Counted from the first letter of the stretch, positions 20,423 through 28,920 are shown. The stretch is DNA of 37,585 nt from Nitrososphaeraceae archaeon (GCA_035253945.1 DATFBG010000028.1:1-37585); one strand, 5' to 3'. Made by a program: numbers and translations. The notes: generated by a model from the letters alone, not told the origin.

Positions 20423-20570
20423 TATGACCATAAACTTATATCTACGATATACGGCCCCAGAAAATTCTCGTGAATCCCGTTAGTGCTAAGGTGAAAAACA
20501 AAAATGAGTCATTATCTATACCTGGTTTCATATTTTTCTGCATCCTTTTCTGCAAGCCTCGAATGGTGGA

Positions 20571-21545
20571 TTGAATATGCTTTTTAAAGGAATATGTCAT
20601 GAACTTAAGTCACTACTAATTCAGACCTATTGCAGAGTTCCCATACAAACAATTCTGCTCTCAGGGGGATTAGATAGCAGTATTTTAGCAAGTGTTGCAA
20701 GACCTCGGCATGCAATTACTATCGGCTTCGGAACGAAGGCTGAGGACTTTACTTTCTCGTCTATTATTGCCAAGCGGTTCTGTCATCATCATATTAAGGT
20801 CCAATTGAACCACGAGATGTTGCTTTCAATTATAAATTCATTTATCGAATTGATGAAAACTTTTGATCCGATTGAAATTAGGAATTCAAGTGTTACGTAC
20901 GCGGGTATCGAAGAGTCAAAGCGAAGAGGTTATACTGGAGTTGTAACTGGAGATGGCTGCGACGAATTGTTCGCGGGCTATGATTATATGAGGCGATTTG
21001 ATAGTAACATCAAGTATCTAGATTTAGAGCTAAATAGAATATGGCGAATAATGCATTTTTCGTCGTACCAGATTGGCAAGGCTTTTGGGATTACAATTTG
21101 GTCACCTTTTCTAGAGAAGCCATTTTTTAACTACGCACAGAGAATCAATATTTCCGAGAAAATCGGACATTATGGAGGTACGAGCTGGGGGAAATTTATC
21201 CTGAGAAAATGCTTCGAAGACGACATAGGAAAAAAGATCGCATGGAGAGCAAAACGAGCACAAGAAAGCGGGGCCAACATAACAGCAATCACAAATTTGA
21301 TAAATGAGGCCTTCGACGATGACAGATTCGTATTCGAGAAAAGAAAAGCAATGGACGAAGGTGTAATGATAAGAAATAGAGAACATCTTTATTATTACCT
21401 GTTGTATCGACGGAAGTATCCTGCTCCAAGAACGGATGACGAAGGTTTCAACCTTAGATGCCCAAGATGCCTATGCCCGTTCCCTTGGGAGGGAAGCTAT
21501 TGTAGGACGTGCGGCTCATATCCAGTCTCACCATTAGTTAAATGA
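20571..21545 (+). CDS. Asparagine-synthetase C-terminal (PP-loop) domain protein with C-terminal zinc ribbon and no glutaminase domain
   Basis: LSGGLDSS, TGDGCDELFAGY, SPFL, KFILR, terminal CPRC...CRTCG. Confidence 0.85.
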   Translation: MNMLFKGICHELKSLLIQTYCRVPIQTILLSGGLDSSILASVARPRHAITIGFGTKAEDFTFSSIIAKRFCHHHIKVQLNHEMLLSIINSFIELMKTFDPIEIRNSSVTYAGIEESKRRGYTGVVTGDGCDELFAGYDYMRRFDSNIKYLDLELNRIWRIMHFSSYQIGKAFGITIWSPFLEKPFFNYAQRINISEKIGHYGGTSWGKFILRKCFEDDIGKKIAWRAKRAQESGANITAITNLINEAFDDDRFVFEKRKAMDEGVMIRNREHLYYYLLYRRKYPAPRTDDEGFNLRCPRCLCPFPWEGSYCRTCGSYPVSPLVK

Positions 21546-21660
21546 ATATTCATGAATTCATGATAAACCGTCATTGTCATACCGCAGTTACAATCTATTC
21601 GAATCAAGATAAACTAGTCAGCCACAATGCGCTACACTAGGTTCTATGTCCAAGGCTCAG

Positions 21661-21990
21661 TCATGGTAAGCTGGTGGAAGCAACTAAACGAACTTCCTTT
21701 TTAATCCTTGAAATTGTAGGATAACTGTAACCTCTTTGCCTATACGACCTTATCATTGTTTTCCAGTTTTTCAGTCTCCACTCAGCTTGACTTCTACTAA
21801 GCAATCTCGTTTCCTTCTTAACAATGCTTTTTCTACCTGGCAATAGATATCCTCCGGAAATAGCCTTACACCTTTTGAAAGCAAATCGCAGTCCAAAAAG
21901 AACCATGTCGGTTGACAAATAATTCGTATACATTTTTATTTCTCTAGCCTGCTCCTCTGTTAATTTTAATTGAAAGGAATACACTGCCAT
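21661..21990 (-). CDS. Small basic hypothetical protein with C-terminal HTH-like segment
   Basis: ORF 21661..22005; ATG at 21990 preferred because a TATA-like AATATATA lies about 26-30 nt upstream. C-terminal RQRGYSYPTISRIKKE. Confidence 0.75.
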   Translation of the reverse strand: MAVYSFQLKLTEEQAREIKMYTNYLSTDMVLFGLRFAFKRCKAISGGYLLPGRKSIVKKETRLLSRSQAEWRLKNWKTMIRSYRQRGYSYPTISRIKKEVRLVASTSLP

Positions 21991-22018
21991 CTCACTAGAA
22001 TTCAAACCAAGCGCTATA

Positions 22019-22045
22019 TATTTCTAAATTCGAGTTCTGAAAGAA
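22019..22045. promoter_or_regulatory. 27-bp quasi-palindromic repeat, copy 1 (candidate operator)
   Basis: TATTTCTAAATTCGAGTTCTGAAAGAA, identical to 23547-23573; abuts the TATA/BRE of the 21990 gene. The repeat is certain, the operator role is inferred. Confidence 0.6.
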
Positions 22046-22066
22046 CCTTTTGCCCGGTAAATAAAG

Positions 22067-23248
22067 CTAAAACAATTTATATCTTCTACCTACTATTTCA
22101 AGACTAGCCAGAGCAAAATCGAGTTGCTCTCTATCATGTATTGCAGTGAGAGATATTCGTAGTTGGGCTCTCCCTTTCCTCACAGTAGGAAACCGAATAG
22201 CTTGAATAAAAACCCCCTTTTTCAGCAAGAAGTTTGAGACGCTCACAGTTATCTTTTCATCTCCAATTAAGATTGGAATTATAGGACCACTATAATTGCC
22301 GGTCACCAAGCCAAGGTTCCGGAGGGCCTTTACAAAGTACTCGACATTTCTGCGAAGCTTTTTCTGTAATAAACCTGTTGAAGCCACTGATATTGAGGTT
22401 ACCGCAGCTCGGCATAGATGCGATGGGAGAGCTGAAGTGTAAACAAGCTGTCTCGATTTATTTATTAATAGTTCTCTAATATAATGTGACGCTGCTATGT
22501 AACCTCCAAAACAACCAATTGCTTTGCTTAGACTGCTTATATGAATATCTATGAATCTAGGAACTCCCAGCAGATCCGCAGTACCAGAATAATCTTTAGA
22601 GCGGCCCAAGATAAAGTCGCCATGGGCATCATCCAGGATAGTTATTGCATTTGCATCTTTTGCTAGCCGACAAATCTCAGAAAGGTTAGCGATATTGCCA
22701 TTCATGCTAAAGATTCCTTCGGTGATTACAAATTTTCTTACAGAATTCAAATTCTGATCTGTATCAATCAGCCTGTGTAGATCGCTAGCATTGTTGTGAC
22801 TAAAAATCTTAATGGTGGCTCCGCTAAGACGACATCCATCAACTATGCTACTATGATTGAACTCGTCGCTATATATAACTGAGTTCTTATCGGCCATTGC
22901 TGTTAATACACCTAAATTTGCCATGTATCCAGTTGAATAGACTAATGCACCTTCTGTCTTTCGATGATTTGCTAGTATATCTTCTAACATTTGTATGTCA
23001 GGCGAGTTGCCAGAGACTAGTCTAGAGCTGCACTGAGATATCTGATGGAGTTTGGTCTTGACAGTCCTTAACACTATAGGATTTTGTGATAAGCCTAGAT
23101 AGTCATTCGAACAGAAGTTTATTGCGCGATTTCCATCTATCTGAATTTGCATTTTCTCTATTGTAGCTATTATATTTAATCTCCTGTACAGACTTTTCCT
23201 TCTTATTGATTCAAGTTTTTTCTTTGCATAGCCTTCGAGACTTACCAA
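22067..23248 (-). CDS. bioF: 8-amino-7-oxononanoate synthase
   Basis: NFCSNDYLGL, TGYMANLG, DEFNHSSIVDG, DDAHG, SLSKAIG (PLP lysine), IRFPTV; within the bio cluster. Confidence 0.93.
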   Translation of the reverse strand: MVSLEGYAKKKLESIRRKSLYRRLNIIATIEKMQIQIDGNRAINFCSNDYLGLSQNPIVLRTVKTKLHQISQCSSRLVSGNSPDIQMLEDILANHRKTEGALVYSTGYMANLGVLTAMADKNSVIYSDEFNHSSIVDGCRLSGATIKIFSHNNASDLHRLIDTDQNLNSVRKFVITEGIFSMNGNIANLSEICRLAKDANAITILDDAHGDFILGRSKDYSGTADLLGVPRFIDIHISSLSKAIGCFGGYIAASHYIRELLINKSRQLVYTSALPSHLCRAAVTSISVASTGLLQKKLRRNVEYFVKALRNLGLVTGNYSGPIIPILIGDEKITVSVSNFLLKKGVFIQAIRFPTVRKGRAQLRISLTAIHDREQLDFALASLEIVGRRYKLF

Positions 23249-23546
23249 TTTGATTTCCTTTGCAATAGTATCTATAATTTACTTATATATTTCAGGCAGG
23301 AGATTATACATAACAAACTCTATACAGGGCCTTTACTATCTGGGAATTTTATACAAATCATATATTTGTAGAGGTGGCCGGTTCTCTGGTACAGCATGGT
23401 TAATTCCAATACTTAATAATATTTAGCTTTAACCAAACTCTGTTTATTGCTTTACATCTCGAAGTTTCATGAAACAGGGCCCAGTTTCAGTCTCTACGGC
23501 AAGGCCCATCTTCGCTGCACGGGTATAGTTAGGCTAGTACGATACT

Positions 23547-23573
23547 TATTTCTAAATTCGAGTTCTGAAAGAA
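23547..23573. promoter_or_regulatory. 27-bp quasi-palindromic repeat, copy 2 (candidate operator)
   Basis: Identical to 22019-22045; lies upstream of a TTATATAT box (about 23610-23617) and bioB. Confidence 0.6.
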
Positions 23574-23615
23574 ATCTGAGTCTTATTTTTTACGTAAGAA
23601 AGGCATCGATTATAT

Positions 23616-24632
23616 ATGTCAAGATTAATTCTCTTGAGCGTGTCGGATCATGTGGATAATGTGTCTTTCATTTATGATACTATGAAGAAGGTGGTTGATG
23701 GAGGCAACGTTGACTTTGAAGAAGCTGAGCGATTACTTGATACAAGACATATTCTAACGCTTGCTAAATGCGCTAACATAATTACCCGAGAGTTCACGGG
23801 GGAACTAGTTGATGTAGAAATGCTAATCAATGCAAAAGCAGGCAGGTGTCCGGAAGATTGTTCTTTCTGTGCTCAGTCTTCATTTTATGACTCGCAATCA
23901 GGTATAGATAAATATCCGTTATTGTCTAAGCAGAAAATCATCGAACAGGCACAAAAAGCCAAACAAGGTGGTGCAAATAGCTTCTGTCTTGTTTGCGCAT
24001 ATCGAACTCCTTTCGAAAAGGACTTTGAACAGATCTGTGATACCATAGTTGAATTAAAGAAAAAAGTAGCGATAGATGTTAATGTGTCCTTAGGCTTTAT
24101 GACGCGTGAAAGGGCAAGGCGATTAAAGTCTATAGGTATAAAGAGATATAACCATAACTTAGAAACTTCAGAGAGTTTCTTTGCACAAATTTGCAAAACA
24201 CACGATTTTAAGGACAGAGTTAATACGGCTAAAATCGTAAAGGAGGAGGGCCTAGAATTATGTTGTGGTGGTATAATAGGCATGGGAGAAACACTAAAAC
24301 AAAGACTTGAACTTGCTTTTGCTATTAAATCTCTCCGACCCGATGAAGTTCCAATAAATATTTTAATACCAAAGCCAGGGACTCCACTAGCAAATCTAGA
24401 GCCGCTGGAACCTACGGACGCTATAAAAACTATTGCGGTATGGAGGTTCATAATACCAAATACAATTCTAAAAATTGCGGGAGGAAGAGAACTTCATTTA
24501 AAAGACAAAGAGAGATTTGCTCTTAAAGCTGGAGCAAATGGGATAATTACAGGGGGTTACCTTACTACTCGAGGAAATAATATAGAGAAGGACATGACTA
24601 TGATAAAAGAGGTAGGCCTCAAGGTGGCATAA
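23616..24632 (+). CDS. bioB: Biotin synthase (radical SAM)
   Basis: CPEDCSFCAQS, YNHNLET, CCGGIIGMGE, VPINIL, AGGRE, GGYLTT. True start may be GTG 23640. Confidence 0.97.
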   Translation: MSRLILLSVSDHVDNVSFIYDTMKKVVDGGNVDFEEAERLLDTRHILTLAKCANIITREFTGELVDVEMLINAKAGRCPEDCSFCAQSSFYDSQSGIDKYPLLSKQKIIEQAQKAKQGGANSFCLVCAYRTPFEKDFEQICDTIVELKKKVAIDVNVSLGFMTRERARRLKSIGIKRYNHNLETSESFFAQICKTHDFKDRVNTAKIVKEEGLELCCGGIIGMGETLKQRLELAFAIKSLRPDEVPINILIPKPGTPLANLEPLEPTDAIKTIAVWRFIIPNTILKIAGGRELHLKDKERFALKAGANGIITGGYLTTRGNNIEKDMTMIKEVGLKVA

Positions 24633-24880
24633 GCCAAGGCATATTTGTAGAAATGATAGCGTCTAATGAAGACGCGTCTAAGATGCTCACGCTCTCTCGG
24701 GACTATTGCTTAGATCGTATGAGGTTCGCTATTAAACTGAATGGATATATTTTCATGGTTTGAAAGATACTTGCAGATTGTGCGAATAGACAACCGTTAC
24801 AGATCCACATTTCTATCGGCTTGAATCGTAGTATTAAGATTGAAAGAGCGACAGCGGCAGAAATTGGAAGTAGATAATAG

Positions 24881-25171
24881 ACAAGGCAAAAGGCTTTCGC
24901 AGGACTTGTAGTTGGAAGTGTTACAGATGCCATTGTAACCTATTACACAGGAAGCCGTGACGCCGGAATTGCGGCCACTGTCCTTTCAGCAACTCTTGCG
25001 GGTGCAGGAATGGGAGCGCTTGTAGGTACTGTCATACCAGGCACAGGTAAAGCCGCTGGCGCCCCGATCGGCGGCGCAGCGGATGCTTCCAACTTAATCT
25101 CGGTATGGCAAAATGGGGTGAAAAGACAGTGTCTGAAGGTGTTTAGATTCATTGTCAAGAAGCTTCAGTGA
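24881..25171 (+). pseudogene. Glycine-zipper / bacteriocin-like hydrophobic ORF remnant
   Basis: Open stretch after TAA-TAG at 24875-24880 reading ...AGLVVGSV...AGIAATVLSATLAGAGMGALVGTVIPGTGKAAGAPIGGAA...; no start codon until 25010. Confidence 0.5.
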
Positions 25172-25694
25172 ATATGCATTTTAATATCTGTATCTAGTGA
25201 AATTACTAATATATTGAGGTCTTCACAGCCCCAATTCAGAGTGCTTCTGGAGATGTTGTCGTACAGCTATCTATCAATAATTGTCAAAAAATAGCTTCCA
25301 AGGTAGGCATTTTGCATATCAGAAATTGCAATTATTAATAGTTAATAGTTGTTCCTGTTGATAATGATGTGTCAATACGTCAATGAATTGTCAGAGTAGG
25401 ATAATGCAACTCAAAAAATAGCAGAAGCGAGGTCCGGCATTAATACAATATTGATCTAAAGCAAAGCGAAAGACGAATTTCGTCATTTTTCATGTTTTCT
25501 AAATACGTCTAAAAAACGACCCATATTTAGTCTTCATTTATTGAAGACCCTTTTTTTACCTTTACAGCGTGATTATATACCAGGTGGAAGACTAAAAAGT
25601 AGTGCTAATTATGGACAATTTATCATGTTTGTGTGATAATACGGTTGTCAATCTATGTTTATGATTGAAATATAACAAAAAAGGAGACTCTTAT

Positions 25695-27059
25695 CTATAC
25701 CATATCTTCAATTTTTTTGGTTAATTCACATATTACGTCTAATAAAAATTTAAAGTCACCTTTACCTATCGCAAGGGGAGGAATTACTAAAAGCGTACTG
25801 CCCAAACCTCTGATAAACACCCCCATTTTTAGGGCCTCTTGTGCTATGTAGTAGTTGGTGCGAACTTTTCTTCCGTGATCATCGAGCAATTCTAATGGTT
25901 TTTTCTCTTTCTTACTAACTAAATCTATCGCACCTAGAAGACCCTTATGTACTACTTCCCCTACGACGGAGCAACCTTGAATTCCCTTAAGCCTTTTTCT
26001 GAGATAAGTGCTGTTTGATCGTATACTCCTCAATAAATTTTCTGTCCGGTAAAGTCTGATATTCGCCATCGCAACAGAACATCCTATTGGGTGTCCAGTG
26101 TATGTATGTCCATGACAGAAGTGCTTATTTTCTGAGTAATCCGAAAGGAAATTAGAGTAGATCTCGTTACTGCAAAGGGTAACTGCCAGTGGAGAATAAC
26201 CGCCCGTAAGAGCCTTTCCGAAGCAAACAATATCCGGATTACATCTCTGCGCCAAATATTCAACCATATTTCCCAACCTACCAAATCCAGTCGCTATTTC
26301 ATCAACTATTAGTAATATGCTGTACTTGTCACAGAGTTCAGAGATATTTTTCTGAAACCCACGGGGATATACATTTACACCACCGGCTATTTGGGCTCCA
26401 CTTTCCATAACCATGGCACAGCAAGTGGCACTATACCTCGAAAAAATCTTATCCAGCTTGTCAAGATACTCGTGGTCATCATTCCCATCACTGTTGAGTA
26501 GAGTAGCAGACTTAGGAGGAGGGATCTTTTTTGACAATCTCAAAATGGATTTGTAGTGTCTAAAGTAACTCGAAACGTATCCGACTGACATGGCACCTAT
26601 TGTGTCACCATGATATGCATTTTCCAAGGAAAGAAAACGGTTTTTTCTAGTATTGCCCCTGTTTCTCCAGTACTGAACAGCCATTTTCAGGGCTATTTCA
26701 ACAGCTGTCGACCCGTTATCCGAGTAAAATACATGATCCATCTGTTTTGCCAGTTTAAGCAAGGTTTCTGCCAATTCTGTTGCAGGCTGGTTGGCCAGAC
26801 CAAACAGAGTTGAGTGCTGCAGCCGTCTCGCTTGTTTTATTATAGAATCTATAATTTCTTTTCTATTATGACCCCAAACATTGCACCACATACTTGCAGA
26901 TCCATCAAGATATCTGTTACCCTTGTTGTCTATGAGATAAAATCCGTCGCCTCGCACGATCATTTTATTGTCCTGCTGCATCCAGTCCTTCATCTGGGTG
27001 TAAGGGTGCCACACAAATTGTCTATCTGCTTGCTCTAAATCCAATCCAAATAAATTCAA
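25695..27059 (-). CDS. bioA: 7,8-diaminononanoate (DAPA) aminotransferase
   Basis: VWHPYTQM, SDNGSTAVEIALKMA, YHGDT, DEIATGFGR, GKALTGG, HGHTYTG. Alternative TTG start at 27044. Confidence 0.96.
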   Translation of the reverse strand: MNLFGLDLEQADRQFVWHPYTQMKDWMQQDNKMIVRGDGFYLIDNKGNRYLDGSASMWCNVWGHNRKEIIDSIIKQARRLQHSTLFGLANQPATELAETLLKLAKQMDHVFYSDNGSTAVEIALKMAVQYWRNRGNTRKNRFLSLENAYHGDTIGAMSVGYVSSYFRHYKSILRLSKKIPPPKSATLLNSDGNDDHEYLDKLDKIFSRYSATCCAMVMESGAQIAGGVNVYPRGFQKNISELCDKYSILLIVDEIATGFGRLGNMVEYLAQRCNPDIVCFGKALTGGYSPLAVTLCSNEIYSNFLSDYSENKHFCHGHTYTGHPIGCSVAMANIRLYRTENLLRSIRSNSTYLRKRLKGIQGCSVVGEVVHKGLLGAIDLVSKKEKKPLELLDDHGRKVRTNYYIAQEALKMGVFIRGLGSTLLVIPPLAIGKGDFKFLLDVICELTKKIEDMV

Positions 27060-27084
27060 CTAATGTCAAATAATAAATATCATT

Positions 27085-27795
27085 TTGAAAGATAAAGGAT
27101 TCTTTATAACCGGAACAGATACATGGGTGGGGAAGACGACAGTAGCTGCAGCAATCGCACTGATCATGAAGAGACAGGGATTGGATGTTGGTATAATGAA
27201 GCCATTTGCTACCGTAGGTGAGAAATATAACTCGAAACATAAGTCCAGAGATGTGGAAGTGCTTGCCGCCGCTGCGAACGTTAGGGATACGTACTATAAT
27301 CTGAATCCTTTTTTCTCCTCCTTGCCCACAGCACCTTATACTGCTAGTCTCGTAAGAAAATCCAATAAAGTGAAGGTTTCCAAGGCCGTGGAACTATATT
27401 CTAAACTAGCGTCAGCACATGACCGAATGATAGTGGAGGGACTAGGTGGAATACTGGTACCTCTGACGAGGAGGAAGAGTCTCGCAGATTTTGTAAATGC
27501 GATAAATCTCCCGGTCATCATCGTGGCGCGCTTCCGGTTGGGTATGATAAATCACATTCTGCTCACTTTGAAGGCTTGCCTTGATTATAGTCTAAGAGTT
27601 AGAGGGATCGTGCTCAATGACTTGTCTTCTTGGAATGGCCCAGTCAAGAAGGAATTGATAATGGAAACAATTGAAAAGGTTTCTGGAGTGAATGTTTTGG
27701 GATTAATACCTTTTATAACGAATCCGACCCCGCAAAGAGTAGCGAAAATTCTCGAAGGTTGTCTAAGTTATAAGGGAAGCTCGCTCATATACTAA
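27085..27795 (+). CDS. bioD: Dethiobiotin synthase
   Basis: FITGTDTWVGKT, MKP, VEGLGGILVP, LGMINH. Confidence 0.96.
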   Translation: MKDKGFFITGTDTWVGKTTVAAAIALIMKRQGLDVGIMKPFATVGEKYNSKHKSRDVEVLAAAANVRDTYYNLNPFFSSLPTAPYTASLVRKSNKVKVSKAVELYSKLASAHDRMIVEGLGGILVPLTRRKSLADFVNAINLPVIIVARFRLGMINHILLTLKACLDYSLRVRGIVLNDLSSWNGPVKKELIMETIEKVSGVNVLGLIPFITNPTPQRVAKILEGCLSYKGSSLIY

Positions 27796-27966
27796 CAGGT
27801 TCCCACCAATACCAAAAATCTAGGCAAATAAGTTTTTGTATATCATTGGATAGGAAAGTATACTTGGAGGAATTAAAGTGCATGTCTGTTGTTAACTTAA
27901 ACGATTCTCAGCGGAATAGAGAGTGACTAAACATTTATTTTTCCGTGGGAATTCCTTCTATATTGC

Positions 27967-28077
27967 GCCGCTGTAGCTCAGCATGGTAGAGCAAATACAT
28001 AGTCTGTGTCCCATAAGGCTATGAAGCTTAACTGGCTGTTAACCAGTGGGTCATCAGTTCGAGTCTGATCAGCGGCG
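27967..28077 (+). tRNA. tRNA-Asn(GTT) with a 37-nt non-canonical intron (about 27995-28031)
   Basis: Acceptor GCCGCTG/CAGCGGC plus discriminator G, D arm GCTC..GAGC, anticodon arm ACTGG-CTGTTAA-CCAGT, T arm ATCAG-TTCGAGT-CTGAT. Spliced length is 74 nt; CCA is not encoded. Confidence 0.95.
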
Positions 28078-28117
28078 CTAAATATTACGTTGATTTGCGA
28101 GCTAGCACCTATCAGGC

Positions 28118-28477
28118 CTAGAAGGAGATTATGTCAAGCGCTATTGCGTCAGAAAGTAAGTCTAAATGACGGCTTGATATTATATAGTTATTCTTTATCT
28201 CAGTAGGTGACACCCACCTATTCGATGAAGAAAATAGCCTCTCCTTTTTTATTCTGGATTCTAACTCCTCTAGGTCAAGTTCAACTTCTTCGATTTGCTC
28301 TGTCTCCATATATCTAATGGTGACCAAAATCTTCTTGACCAAAACCCTCTGCCCGAATCTCTGGGAATAATCTCTTGCATTTGCATCGATATCGACCAGC
28401 TTTATCTTCAATTGTGTCTTGTTAAGAGCATCTCTACTCGTAAGCAATCTATCATCAACGAATCTATCAAAGGTCAT
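28118..28477 (-). CDS. Hypothetical protein (119 aa)
   Basis: ATG-started ORF with protein-like composition and a TATA-like TTTAAAA about 25-30 nt upstream; no recognised motif. Confidence 0.75.
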   Translation of the reverse strand: MTFDRFVDDRLLTSRDALNKTQLKIKLVDIDANARDYSQRFGQRVLVKKILVTIRYMETEQIEEVELDLEELESRIKKERLFSSSNRWVSPTEIKNNYIISSRHLDLLSDAIALDIISF

Positions 28478-28581
28478 AAGAAATGGTACATTATTGAAAA
28501 GGTTTTAAACATATATTCTATTCACTGCAGTAGATTTGATTGAATAGTTCAGGAACTATTGATCTTTGTTTATCTTCACTA

Positions 28582-28920
28582 TTATTCGAATTCATAAAAC
28601 GGAGTACCATCAGTAGACAGACCGCAATTTACCATCTTCACGCTCATTCCCGCCTGCGGTATAGTTGAGGGGTGTAGGGACCCGACTAGCTTTATTCCGC
28701 GTATTTCTATGACTCCAAATATCACAGGACCACATATAGTGTATGCTGTAGTATACTCCATCAGATGCCCATGAGGTACTTTAATTCTTTTTAACTTTAC
28801 TTTCGACATACAGTTATAACACCTTTCTACGGGAGGCCATGCAGGAGATCCACAGCTACTGCAATAAGGAATAACAAACCTGTGATCCCTCAAATACTTT
28901 AAAAAGCGTTCCGTTATCAA
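28582..28920 (-). CDS. DUF35 zinc-ribbon/OB-fold protein (thiolase partner)
   Basis: CSSCG...PP...CYNC followed by an OB-like region; immediately downstream of the thiolase. Confidence 0.85.
   Translation of the reverse strand: MITERFLKYLRDHRFVIPYCSSCGSPAWPPVERCYNCMSKVKLKRIKVPHGHLMEYTTAYTICGPVIFGVIEIRGIKLVGSLHPSTIPQAGMSVKMVNCGLSTDGTPFYEFE

Noticed and set aside
23447-23659. 70-aa ORF upstream of bioB
   Set aside because: It runs through the 27-bp repeat and the probable bioB promoter, overlaps bioB out of frame and has no motif.
24703-25158. Two minus-strand ORFs (76 and 71 aa)
   Set aside because: They are better explained as antisense shadows of the + strand glycine-zipper frame.
28078-28581. 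Integrative element at tRNA-Asn
   Set aside because: I saw no integrase and no duplicate of the tRNA 3' end in the window.
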